Part shown: one piece after another, positions 24,984-38,750 of the stretch
How the letters are laid out: every line of letters starts with the position of its first letter
Position numbering within the stretch: the stretch's first letter is position 1
NCBI RefSeq assembly: GCF_009914755.1
Contig: NC_060930.1
Length of the DNA stretch: 64,000 nucleotides
Reading direction: 5' to 3' (one strand)
Source of the DNA: the human T2T-CHM13v2.0 reference genome, Homo sapiens
Program-made: the position numbers and the translations under genes
The notes under the pieces: model-generated
What the model was told of the DNA's origin: nothing
The model's input: only the letters and a program-made list of their open reading frames with translations
Databases searched by the model: none

Positions 24984-27900
24984 TCTTGTAGTAGCTGCAA
25001 GTGGATATTTGGACCTATTGGAGGCCTTCTTTGGAAATGGGATTTCTTCATGTAACTCTAGATTGAAGAATTCTCAGAAACTCCTTTGTGATGTGTGCAT
25101 TCAATTCAAAGAGTGAAACCTCCCTTTTCACAGAGCAGTTTTGAAACACTGTTTTTGTAGGATTTCCAAGGGGATATTTATAGCGCATTGAGCCTACGGC
25201 GGAAAAAGAAACATCTTCCTATAAAAACTAGAGAGAATACTTCTCAGAATCTGCTTTGCGATGTGTGCGTTCAACTCACAGAGTAAAACTTTTCTTTTGA
25301 TAGAGCAGTTTTGAAACACTCTTTTTGTAGTATTTGCATGTGTATATTTAGAGCGCATTGAAGCCCACAGTAGAAAAGGAAATAACTTCACCTAAAACCT
25401 AGACAGAAGCAATCTCAGAAACTACTTTGTGATGTGTACATTCAACTCACAGAGTGGAACTTTCCTCTTTATAGAGCAGTGTTGAAACACTCTTTTTGTA
25501 GAAACTGCAAGTGGATATTTGGACCTCTTTGAGGCCTTCGTTGGAAACGGGATTTCTTCCTATAACCCTAGACAGAAGAATTTTCAGAAACCTCATTGTG
25601 ATGTGTGCGTTCATCTCACAGAGTGGAGTCTTCCGTTTGATAGAGAAGTTTTGAAACCCTGTTCTTGTAGGATTTCCAAGTGGATATTTAGACCACTTTG
25701 AAGCCTATGATAGAAAAGGAAACATCTTCATGGAAAACATAGATAGAATCATCCTCAGAAACAACTTTGTGATGTGTGCGTTGAACTCACCGTCTTTAAC
25801 CTTTCTTTTGGTAGAGAAGTTTTGAAACACTCTCTTTGTAAAGTCTACAAGTGGATATTTTGAGCCCTTGGAGGCATTCTTTGGAAAAGGGAATGTCTTC
25901 ACATAAAAGGCAGACGGAAGTGTTCTCAGAAACTGCTTTGTGATGTCTGTGTTCAACTCACAGAGTTTAACATTTCCTTTGATAGAGCGGTTTAGTAACC
26001 CTCTCTTTGTAGAATTTGGAAGTGTATACTAAGAGCGCTTTGAGGCCTATGGTAGAAAAGGAAATATCTTTCCATAAAAGCTAGACAGAAGCAATCTCAG
26101 AAACTCCTTTGCGATGTCTGCATTCAACTCACCGAGTGGAACATTCCTCTTGAGAGAGCAGTTTGGAAACACTCTTTCTGTAGAATCAGCTTGTTTGTAT
26201 TTGGACCTCCTTGAGGCCTTCGTTGGAAACGGGTTTTCATCTTATAAACCCAGACAGAAGAATTCTCAGAGTCTTCTTTGTGATGTGTGCTTTCAACTCA
26301 CCGAGATAAAGATTTCTCTTGATAGAGCAATTTGGAAACACTCTTTTTGTAGAATTTGCAAGGGTACATTGAGAGCGCTTTCAGGCCTATGGTAGAAAAG
26401 GGAATATCTTTCCATAAAAGGTAGACAGAAGCAATCTCAGAAACTACTTTGTGATGTGTGCATTCAACTCACCGAGTGCAACGTTCCTCTTGACCGAGCA
26501 GTTTGGAAACATTGTTTCTGTAGAATCTGCAAGTGGATATTTGGACCTCTTTGAGGCCTTCGTTGGAAACGGGATTTCTTCCTATAAACCCAGACAGAAG
26601 AATTCTCAGAGACTTCTTTGTGATGTGTGAATTCAACTCACAGTGTGGATCCTTCCTTTTGATAGAGCAGTTTTGAAACCCTGTTTTTGTAGTATTTCCA
26701 AGCGGATATTTGGAACGCCTTGAAGCGTATGGTAGAAAAGGAAATATCTTCCCATAAAACCTAGACAGAACCAATCTCAGAAACGACTTTGTGATGTCTG
26801 CATTCAAGTCACAGAGTTGAACATTTCTCTTGATAGAGCAGTTTTGAAACCCTCTTTCTGAAGGATCTGCAAGTGGATATTTGGAACTCCTTTGGGTCTT
26901 CGTTGGAAACGGGATTTCTTCGTATAAATCTAGACAGAAGAATTCTCCGAAACTTCTTTGGTTGTGTGCATTCAAGTCACAGAGTGGAACCTTCCTTTGG
27001 ATAGAGCAGTTTGAAACGCCGTGGTTGTAGTATTTCCAAGCGGATATTAGAGCGCCTTGAGGCCTATGGTAGAAAAGGAAATATCTTCCCATAAAACCTA
27101 GACGGAAGCAATCTCAGAAACTACTGTGTGATGGCTGCATTCCACACACACGGTGGAACATTTCTCTTGATAGAGCAGTTTTGAAACACTCTTTCTGTAG
27201 AATCTGCAAGTGGATAATTGGACCGCCTTGAGGCCTTCGTTGGAAACGGGATTTCTTCATGTTACTCTAGATAGAAGAATTCTCAAACACTGCTATGTGA
27301 TGTTTGCATTCAAGTCACAGAGTGCAACATTCCTCTTGGTAGAGCAGTTGGGAAACACTCCTTTTGTAGAATCTGCAATGGGATATTTGGACTTCTTTGA
27401 GGCCTTCGTTGGAAACGGGATTTCTTCGTATGAATCTAGACAGAAGAATTCTCAGAAACTTCCTTGTGATGTGTGCATTCAACTCAGCGAGTGGCACCTT
27501 CCTTTGGATACAGCAGTTTTGAAACACTGTTTTTGTAGTATTTCCAAGCGGATATTTAGAGCGCCTTGAAGCCTATGCTAGAAATGGAAATATCTCCCCA
27601 TAAAACCAAGACAGAAGCAATCTCAGAAACTAATGTGTGATGGCTGCATTCCACACACACGGTGGACCATTTCTCTTGATAGAGCAGTTTTGAAACACTC
27701 TTTCTGTAGAATCTGCAAGTGGATAATTGGACCTCCTAGAGGCCTTCGTTGGAAACGGGATTTCTTCATCTAAACCTACAGAGAAGAATTCTCAGTAACT
27801 TCTTCGGATGTGTGCATTCGACGCACAGAATGGAACATTCCCTTTGATAGAGCAGTTTTGAGACACCGTTTTTGTAGAATTCCCAAGTGGATATTTAGAG

Positions 27901-28040
27901 CACTTTGAAGTCTCTGCTAGAAAAGGAAACATCTTCATGTAAAAAGTAGATAGAATCGTTCTCAGAAAGTGCTTAGTGACGTGTGCGTTCAACTCACAGA
28001 GTTTAACGTTTCTTTTGATAGAGCGTTTCTGAAACACCCT
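24984..28040 (+). repeat. HOR unit U10, 18-mer (L)
   Basis: Period 3057. Confidence 0.95.
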
Positions 28041-30591
28041 TCTTGTAGTAGCTGCAAGTGGATATTTGGACCTATTGGAGGCCTTCTTTGGAAATGGGAT
28101 TTCTTCATGTAACTCTAGATTGAAGAGTTCTCAGAAACTCCTTTGTGATGTGTGCATTCAATTCAAAGAGTGAAACCTCCCTTTTCACAGAGCAGTTTTG
28201 AAACACTGTTTTTGTAGGATTTCCAAGGGGATATTTATAGCGCATTGAGCCTACGGCGGAAAAAGAAACATCTTCCTATAAAAACTAGACAGAATACTTC
28301 TCAGAATCTGCTTTGCGATGTGTGCGTTCAACTCACAGAGTAAAACTTTTCTTTTGATAGAGCAGTTTTGAAACACTCTTTTTGTAGTATTTGCATGTGT
28401 ATATTTAGAGCGCATTGAAGCCCACAGTAGAAAAGGAAATAACTTCACCTAAAACCTAGACAGAAGCAATCTCAGAAACTACTTTGTGATGTGTACATTC
28501 AACTCACAGAGTGGAACTTTCCTCTTTATAGAGCAGTGTTGAAACACTCTTTTTGTAGAAACTGCAAGTGGATATTTGGACCTCTTTGAGGCCTTCGTTG
28601 GAAACGGGATTTCTTCCTATAACCCTAGACAGAAGAATTTTCAGAAACCTCATTGTGATGTGTGCGTTCATCTCACAGAGTGGAGTCTTCCGTTTGATAG
28701 AGAAGTTTTGAAACCCTGTTCTTGTAGGATTTCCAAGTGGATATTTAGACCACTTTGAAGCCTATGATAGAAAAGGAAACATCTTCATGGAAAACATAGA
28801 TAGAATCATCCTCAGAAACAACTTTGTGATGTGTGCGTTGAACTCACCGTCTTTAACCTTTCTTTTGGTAGAGAAGTTTTGAAACACTCTCTTTGTAAAG
28901 TCTACAAGTGGATATTTTGAGCCCTTGGAGGCATTCTTTGGAAAAGGGAATGTCTTCACATAAAAGGCAGACGGAAGTGTTCTCAGAAACTGCTTTGTGA
29001 TGTCTGTGTTCAACTCACAGAGTTTAACATTTCCTTTGATAGAGCGGTTTAGTAACCCTCTCTTTGTAGAATTTGGAAGTGTATACTAAGAGCGCTTTGA
29101 GGCCTATGGTAGAAAAGGAAATATCTTTCCATAAAAGCTAGACAGAAGCAATCTCAGAAACTCCTCTGTGATGTCTGCATTCAACTCACCGAGTGGAACA
29201 TTCCTCTTGAGAGAGCAGTTTGGAAACACTCTTTCTGTAGAATCAGCTTGTTTGTATTTGGACCTCCTTGAGGCCTTCGTTGGAAACGGGTTTTCATCTT
29301 ATAAACCCAGACAGAAGAATTCTCAGAGTCTTCTTTGTGATGTGTGCTTTCAACTCACCGAGATAAAGATTTCTCTTGATAGAGCAATTTGGAAACACTC
29401 TTTTTGTAGAATTTGCAAGGGTACATTGAGAGCGCTTTCAGGCCTATGGTAGAAAAGGGAATATCTTTCCATAAAAGGTAGACAGAAGCAATCTCAGAAA
29501 CTACTTTGTGATGTGTGCATTCAACTCACCGAGTGCAACGTTCCTCTTGACCGAGCAGTTTGGAAACATTGTTTCTGTAGAATCTGCAAGTGGATATTTG
29601 GACCTCTTTGAGGCCTTCGTTGGAAACGGGATTTCTTCCTATAAACCCAGACAGAAGAATTCTCAGAGACTTCTTTGTGATGTGTGAATTCAACTCACAG
29701 TGTGGATCCTTCCTTTTGATAGAGCAGTTTTGAAACCCTGTTTTTGTAGTATTTCCAAGCGGATATTTGGAACGCCTTGAAGCGTATGGTAGAAAAGGAA
29801 ATATCTTCCCATAAAACCTAGACAGAACCAATCTCAGAAACGACTTTGTGATGTCTGCATTCAAGTCACAGAGTTGAACATTTCTCTTGATAGAGCAGTT
29901 TTGAAACCCTCTTTCTGAAGGATCTGCAAGTGGATATTTGGAACTCCTTTGGGTCTTCGTTGGAAACGGGATTTCTTCGTATAAATCTAGACAGAAGAAT
30001 TCTCAGAAACTTCCTTGTGATGTGTGCATTCAACTCAGCGAGTGGCACCTTCCTTTGGATACAGCAGTTTTGAAACACTGTTTTTGTAGTATTTCCAAGC
30101 GGATATTTAGAGCGCCTTGAAGCCTATGCTAGAAATGGAAATATCTCCCCATAAAACCAAGACGGAAGCAATCTCAGAAACTAATGTGTGATGGCTGCAT
30201 TCCACACACACGGTGGACCATTTCTCTTGATAGAGCAGTTTTGAAACACTCTTTCTGTAGAATCTGCAAGTGGATAATTGGACCTCCGAGAGGCCTTCGT
30301 TGGAAACGGGATTTCTTCATCTAAACCTACAGAGAAGTATTCTCAGTAACTTCTTCGGATGTGTGCATTCGACGCACAGAATGGAACATTCCCTTTGATA
30401 GAGCAGTTTTGAGACACCGTTTTTGTAGAATTCCCAAGTGGATATTTAGAGCACTTTGAAGTCTCTGCTAGAAAAGGAAACATCATCATGTAAAAAGTAG
30501 ATAGAATCGTTCTCAGAAAGTGCTTAGTGTCGTGTGCGTTCAACTCACAGAGTTTAACGTTTCTTTTGATAGAGCGTTTCTGAAACACCCT
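28041..30591 (+). repeat. HOR unit U11, 15-mer (S)
   Basis: Period 2551. Confidence 0.95.
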
Positions 30592-33142
30592 TCTTGTAGT
30601 AGCTGCAAGTGGATATTTGGACCTATTGGAGGCCTTCTTTGGAAATGGGATTTCTTCATGTAACTCTAGATTGAAGAATTCTCAGAAACTCCTTTGTGAT
30701 GTGTGCATTCAATTCAAAGAGTGAAACCTCCCTTTTCACAGAGCAGTTTTGAAACACTGTTTTTGTAGGATTTCCAAGGGGATATTTATAGCGCATTGAG
30801 CCTACGGCGGAAAAAGAAACATCTTCCTATAAAAACTAGAGAGAATACTTCTCAGAATCTGCTTTGCGATGTGTGCGTTCAACTCACAGAGTAAAACTTT
30901 TCTTTTGATAGAGCAGTTTTGAAACACTCTTTTTGTAGTATTTGCATGTGTATATTTAGAGCGCATTGAAGCCCACAGTAGAAAAGGAAATAACTTCACC
31001 TAAAACCTAGACAGAAGCAATCTCAGAAACTACTTTGTGATGTGTACATTCAACTCACAGAGTGGAACTTTCCTCTTTATAGAGCAGTGTTGAAACACTC
31101 TTTTTGTAGAAACTGCAAGTGGATATTTGGACCTCTTTGAGGCCTTCGTTGGAAACGGGATTTCTTCCTATAACCCTAGACAGAAGAATTTTCAGAAACC
31201 TCATTGTGATGTGTGCGTTCATCTCACAGAGTGGAGTCTTCCGTTTGATAGAGAAGTTTTGAAACCCTGTTCTTGTAGGATTTCCAAGTGGATATTTAGA
31301 CCACTTTGAAGCCTATGATAGAAAAGGAAACATCTTCATGGAAAACATAGATAGAATCATCCTCAGAAACAACTTTGTGATGTGTGCGTTGAACTCACCG
31401 TCTTTAACCTTTCTTTTGGTAGAGAAGTTTTGAAACACTCTCTTTGTAAAGTCTACAAGTGGATATTTTGAGCCCTTGGAGGCATTCTTTGGAAAAGGGA
31501 ATGTCTTCACATAAAAGGCAGACGGAAGTGTTCTCAGAAACTGCTTTGTGATGTCTGTGTTCAACTCACAGAGTTTAACATTTCCTTTGATAGAGCGGTT
31601 TAGTAACCCTCTCTTTGTAGAATTTGGAAGTGTATACTAAGAGCGCTTTGAGGCCTATGGTAGAAAAGGAAATATCTTTCCATAAAAGCTAGACAGAAGC
31701 AATCTCAGAAACTCCTTTGCGATGTCTGCATTCAACTCACCGAGTGGAACATTCCTCTTGAGAGAGCAGTTTGGAAACACTCTTTCTGTAGAATCAGCTT
31801 GTTTGTATTTGGACCTCCTTGAGGCCTTCGTTGGAAACGGGTTTTCATCTTATAAACCCAGACAGAAGAATTCTCAGAGTCTTCTTTGTGATGTGTGCTT
31901 TCAACTCACCGAGATAAAGATTTCTCTTGATAGAGCAATTTGGAAACACTCTTTTTGTAGAATTTGCAAGGGTACATTGAGAGCGCTTTCAGGCCTATGG
32001 TAGAAAAGGGAATATCTTTCCATAAAAGGTAGACAGAAGCAATCTCAGAAACTACTTTGTGATGTGTGCATTCAACTCACCGAGTGCAACGTTCCTCTTG
32101 ACCGAGCAGTTTGGAAACATTGTTTCTGTAGAATCTGCAAGTGGATATTTGGACCTCTTTGAGGCCTTCGTTGGAAACGGGATTTCTTCCTATAAACCCA
32201 GACAGAAGAATTCTCAGAGACTTCTTTGTGATGTGTGAATTCAACTCACAGTGTGGATCCTTCCTTTTGATAGAGCAGTTTTGAAACCCTGTTTTTGTAG
32301 TATTTCCAAGCGGATATTTGGAACGCCTTGAAGCGTATGGTAGAAAAGGAAATATCTTCCCATAAAACCTAGACAGAACCAATCTCAGAAACGACTTTGT
32401 GATGTCTGCATTCAAGTCACAGAGTTGAACATTTCTCTTGATAGAGCAGTTTTGAAACCCTCTTTCTGAAGGATCTGCAAGTGGATATTTGGAACTCCTT
32501 TGGGTCTTCGTTGGAAACGGGATTTCTTCGTATAAATCTAGACAGAAGAATTCTCAGAAACTTCCTTGTGATGTGTGCATTCAACTCAGCGAGTGGCACC
32601 TTCCTTTGGATACAGCAGTTTTGAAACACTGTTTTTGTAGTATTTCCAAGCGGATATTTAGAGCGCCTTGAAGCCTATGCTAGAAATGGAAATATCTCCC
32701 CATAAAACCAAGACGGAAGCAATCTCAGAAACTAATGTGTGATGGCTGCATTCCACACACACGGTGGACCATTTCTCTTGATAGAGCAGTTTTGAAACAC
32801 TCTTTCTGTAGAATCTGCAAGTGGATAATTGGACCTCCGAGAGGCCTTCGTTGGAAACGGGATTTCTTCATCTAAACCTACAGAGAAGTATTCTCAGTAA
32901 CTTCTTCGGATGTGTGCATTCGACGCACAGAATGGAACATTCCCTTTGATAGAGCAGTTTTGAGACACCGTTTTTGTAGAATTCCCAAGTGGATATTTAG
33001 AGCACTTTGAAGTCTCTGCTAGAAAAGGAAACATCATCATGTAAAAAGTAGATAGAATCGTTCTCAGAAAGTGCTTAGTGTCGTGTGCGTTCAACTGACA
33101 GAGTTTAACGTTTCTTTTGATAGAGCGTTTCTGAAACACCCT
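30592..33142 (+). repeat. HOR unit U12, 15-mer (S)
   Basis: Period 2551. Confidence 0.95.
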
Positions 33143-36100
33143 TCTTGTAGTAGCTGCAAGTGGATATTTGGACCTATTGGAGGCCTTCTTTGGAAATGGG
33201 ATTTCTTCATGTAACTCTAGATTGAAGAATTCTCAGAAACTCCTTTGTGATGTGTGCATTCAATTCAAAGAGTGAAACCTCTCTTTTCACAGAGCAGTTT
33301 TGAAACACTGTTTTTGTAGGATTTCCAAGGGGATATTTATAGCGCATTGAGCCTACGGCGGAAAAAGAAACATCTTCCTATAAAAACTAGACAGAATACT
33401 TCTCAGAATCTGCTTTGCGATGTGTGCGTTCAACTCACAGAGTAAAACTTTTCTTTTGATAGAGCAGTTTTGAAACACTCTTTTTGTAGTATTTGCATGT
33501 GTATATTTAGAGCGCATTGAAGCCCACAGTAGAAAAGGAAATAACTTCACCTAAAACCTAGACAGAAGCAATCACAGAAACTACTTTGTGATGTGTACAT
33601 TCAACTCACAGAGTGGAACTTTCCTCTTTATAGAGCAGTGTTGAAACACTCTTTTTGTAGAAACTGCAAGTGGATATTTGGACCTCTTTGAGGCCTTCGT
33701 TGGAAACGGGATTTCTTCCTATAACCCTAGACAGAAGAATTTTCAGAAACCTCATTGTGATGTGTGCGTTCATCTCACAGAGTGGAGTCTTCCGTTTGAT
33801 AGAGAAGTTTTGAAACCCTGTTCTTGTAGGATTTCCAAGTGGATATTTAGACCACTTTGAAGCCTATGATAGAAAAGGAAACATCTTCATGGAAAACATA
33901 GATAGAATCATCCTCAGAAACAACTTTGTGATGTGTGCGTTGAACTCACCGTCTTTAACCTTTCTTTTGGTAGAGAAGTTTTGAAACACTCTCTTTGTAA
34001 AGTCTACAAGTGGATATTTTGAGCCCTTGGAGGCATTCTTTGGAAAAGGGAATGTCTTCACATAAAAGGCAGACAGAAGTGTTCTCAGAAACTGCTTTGT
34101 GATGTCTGTGTTCAACTCACAGAGTTTAACATTTCCTTTGATAGAGCGGTTTAGTAACCCTCTCTTTGTAGAATTTGGAAGTGTATACTAAGAGCGCTTT
34201 GAGGCCTATGGTAGAAAAGGAAATATCTTTCCATAAAAGCTAGACAGAAGCAATCTCAGAAACTCCTTTGTGATGTCTGCATTCAACTCACCGAGTGGAA
34301 CATTCCTCTTGAGAGAGCAGTTTGGAAACACTCTTTCTGTAGAATCAGCTTGTTTGTATTTGGACCTCCTTGAGGCCTTCGTTGGAAACGGGTTTTCATC
34401 TTATAAACCCAGACAGAAGAATTCTCAGAGTCTTCTTTGTGATGTGTGCTTTCAACTCACCGAGATAAAGATTTCTCTTGATAGAGCAATTTGGAAACAC
34501 TCTTTTTGTAGAATTTGCAAGGGTACATTGAGAGCGCTTTCAGGCCTATGGTAGAAAAGGGAATATCTTTCCATAAAAGGTAGACAGAAGCAATCTCAGA
34601 AACTACTTTGTGATGTGTGCATTCAACTCACCGAGTGCAACGTTCCTCTTGACCGAGCAGTTTGGAAACATTGTTTCTGTAGAATCTGCAAGTGGATATT
34701 TGGACCTCTTTGAGGCCTTCGTTGGAAACGGGATTTCTTCCTATAAACCCAGACAGAAGAATTCTCAGAGACTTCTTTGTGATGTGTGAATTCAACTCAC
34801 AGTGTGGATCCTTCCTTTTGATAGAGCAGTTTTGAAACCCTGTTTTTGTAGTATTTCCAAGCGGATATTTGGAACGCCTTGAAGCGTATGGTAGAAAAGG
34901 AAATATCTTCCCATAAAACCTAGACAGAACCAATCTCAGAAACGACTTTGTGATGTCTGCATTCAAGTCACAGAGTTGAACATTTCTCTTGATAGAGCAG
35001 TTTTGAAACCCTCTTTCTGAAGGATCTGCAAGTGGATATTTGGAACTCCTTTGGGTCTTCGTTGGAAACGGGATTTCTTCGTATAAATCTAGACAGAAGA
35101 ATTCTCCGAAACTTCTTTGGTTGTGTGCATTCAAGTCACAGAGTGGAACCTTCCTTTGGATAGAGCAGTTTGAAACGCCGTGGTTGTAGTATTTCCAAGC
35201 GGATATTAGAGCGCCTTGAGGCCTATGGTAGAAAAGGAAATATCTTCCCATAAAACCTAGACGGAAGCAATCTCAGAAACTACTGTGTGATGGCTGCATT
35301 CCACACACACGGTGGAACATTTCTCTTGATAGAGCAGTTTTGAAACACTCTTTCTGTAGAATCTGCAAGTGGATAATTGGACCGCCTTGAGGCCTTCGTT
35401 GGAAACGGGATTTCTTCATGTTACTCTAGATAGAAGAATTCTCAAACACTGCTATGTGATGTTTGCATTCAAGTCACAGAGTGCAACATTCCTCTTGGTA
35501 GAGCAGTTGGGAAACACTCCTTTTGTAGAATCTGCAATGGGATATTTGGACTTCTTTGAGGCCTTCGTTGGAAACGGGATTTCTTCGTATGAATCTAGAC
35601 AGAAGAATTCTCAGAAACTTCCTTGTGATGTGTGCATTCAACTCAGCGAGTGGCACCTTCCTTTGGATACAGCAGTTTTGAAACACTGTTTTTGTAGTAT
35701 TTCCAAGCGGATATTTAGAGCGCCTTGAAGCCTATGCTAGAAATGGAAATATCTCCCCATAAAACCAAGACAGAAGCAATCTCAGAAACTAATGTGTGAT
35801 GGCTGCATTCCACACACACGGTGGACCATTTCTCTTGATAGAGCAGTTTTGAAACACTCTTTCTGTAGAATCTGCAAGTGGATAATTGGACCTCCTAGAG
35901 GCCTTCGTTGGAAACGGGATTTCTTCATCTAAACCTACAGAGAAGAATTCTCAGTAACTTCTTCGGATGTGTGCATTCGACGCACAGAATGGAACATTCC
36001 CTTTGATAGAGCAGTTTTGAGACACCGTTTTTGTAGAATTCCCAAGTGGATATTTAGAGCACTTTGAAGTCTCTGCTAGAAAAGGAAACATCTTCATGTA

Positions 36101-36199
36101 AAAAGTAGATAGAATCGTTCTCAGAAAGTGCTTAGTGACGTGTGCGTTCAACTCACAGAGTTTAACGTTTCTTTTGATAGAGCGTTTCTGAAACACCCT
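33143..36199 (+). repeat. HOR unit U13, 18-mer (L)
   Basis: Period 3057. Confidence 0.95.
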
Positions 36200-38750
36200 T
36201 CTTGTAGTAGCTGCAAGTGGATATTTGGACCTATTGGAGGCCTTCTTTGGAAATGGGATTTCTTCATGTAACTCTAGATTGAAGAGTTCTCAGAAACTCC
36301 TTTGTGATGTGTGCATTCAATTCAAAGAGTGAAACCTCCCTTTTCACAGAGCAGTTTTGAAACACTGTTTTTGTAGGATTTCCAAGGGGATATTTATAGC
36401 GCATTGAGCCTACGGCGGAAAAAGAAACATCTTCCTATAAAAACTAGACAGAATACTTCTCAGAATCTGCTTTGCGATGTGTGCGTTCAACTCACAGAGT
36501 AAAACTTTTCTTTTGATAGAGCAGTTTTGAAACACTCTTTTTGTAGTATTTGCATGTGTATATTTAGAGCGCATTGAAGCCCACAGTAGAAAAGGAAATA
36601 ACTTCACCTAAAACCTAGACAGAAGCAATCTCAGAAACTACTTTGTGATGTGTACATTCAACTCACAGAGTGGAACTTTCCTCTTTATAGAGCAGTGTTG
36701 AAACACTCTTTTTGTAGAAACTGCAAGTGGATATTTGGACCTCTTTGAGGCCTTCGTTGGAAACGGGATTTCTTCCTATAACCCTAGACAGAAGAATTTT
36801 CAGAAACCTCATTGTGATGTGTGCGTTCATCTCACAGAGTGGAGTCTTCCGTTTGATAGAGAAGTTTTGAAACCCTGTTCTTGTAGGATTTCCAAGTGGA
36901 TATTTAGACCACTTTGAAGCCTATGATAGAAAAGGAAACATCTTCATGGAAAACATAGATAGAATCATCCTCAGAAACAACTTTGTGATGTGTGCGTTGA
37001 ACTCACCGTCTTTAACCTTTCTTTTGGTAGAGAAGTTTTGAAACACTCTCTTTGTAAAGTCTACAAGTGGATATTTTGAGCCCTTGGAGGCATTCTTTGG
37101 AAAAGGGAATGTCTTCACATAAAAGGCAGACGGAAGTGTTCTCAGAAACTGCTTTGTGATGTCTGTGTTCAACTCACAGAGTTTAACATTTCCTTTGATA
37201 GAGCGGTTTAGTAACCCTCTCTTTGTAGAATTTGGAAGTGTATACTAAGAGCGCTTTGAGGCCTATGGTAGAAAAGGAAATATCTTTCCATAAAAGCTAG
37301 ACAGAAGCAATCTCAGAAACTCCTCTGTGATGTCTGCATTCAACTCACCGAGTGGAACATTCCTCTTGAGAGAGCAGTTTGGAAACACTCTTTCTGTAGA
37401 ATCAGCTTGTTTGTATTTGGACCTCCTTGAGGCCTTCGTTGGAAACGGGTTTTCATCTTATAAACCCAGACAGAAGAATTCTCAGAGTCTTCTTTGTGAT
37501 GTGTGCTTTCAACTCACCGAGATAAAGATTTCTCTTGATAGAGCAATTTGGAAACACTCTTTTTGTAGAATTTGCAAGGGTACATTGAGAGCGCTTTCAG
37601 GCCTATGGTAGAAAAGGGAATATCTTTCCATAAAAGGTAGACAGAAGCAATCTCAGAAACTACTTTGTGATGTGTGCATTCAACTCACCGAGTGCAACGT
37701 TCCTCTTGACCGAGCAGTTTGGAAACATTGTTTCTGTAGAATCTGCAAGTGGATATTTGGACCTCTTTGAGGCCTTCGTTGGAAACGGGATTTCTTCCTA
37801 TAAACCCAGACAGAAGAATTCTCAGAGACTTCTTTGTGATGTGTGAATTCAACTCACAGTGTGGATCCTTCCTTTTGATAGAGCAGTTTTGAAACCCTGT
37901 TTTTGTAGTATTTCCAAGCGGATATTTGGAACGCCTTGAAGCGTATGGTAGAAAAGGAAATATCTTCCCATAAAACCTAGACAGAACCAATCTCAGAAAC
38001 GACTTTGTGATGTCTGCATTCAAGTCACAGAGTTGAACATTTCTCTTGATAGAGCAGTTTTGAAACCCTCTTTCTGAAGGATCTGCAAGTGGATATTTGG
38101 AACTCCTTTGGGTCTTCGTTGGAAACGGGATTTCTTCGTATAAATCTAGACAGAAGAATTCTCAGAAACTTCCTTGTGATGTGTGCATTCAACTCAGCGA
38201 GTGGCACCTTCCTTTGGATACAGCAGTTTTGAAACACTGTTTTTGTAGTATTTCCAAGCGGATATTTAGAGCGCCTTGAAGCCTATGCTAGAAATGGAAA
38301 TATCTCCCCATAAAACCAAGACGGAAGCAATCTCAGAAACTAATGTGTGATGGCTGCATTCCACACACACGGTGGACCATTTCTCTTGATAGAGCAGTTT
38401 TGAAACACTCTTTCTGTAGAATCTGCAAGTGGATAATTGGACCTCCGAGAGGCCTTCGTTGGAAACGGGATTTCTTCATCTAAACCTACAGAGAAGTATT
38501 CTCAGTAACTTCTTCGGATGTGTGCATTCGACGCACAGAATGGAACATTCCCTTTGATAGAGCAGTTTTGAGACACCGTTTTTGTAGAATTCCCAAGTGG
38601 ATATTTAGAGCACTTTGAAGTCTCTGCTAGAAAAGGAAACATCATCATGTAAAAAGTAGATAGAATCGTTCTCAGAAAGTGCTTAGTGTCGTGTGCGTTC
38701 AACTCACAGAGTTTAACGTTTCTTTTGATAGAGCGTTTCTGAAACACCCT
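36200..38750 (+). repeat. HOR unit U14, 15-mer (S)
   Basis: Period 2551. Confidence 0.95.
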
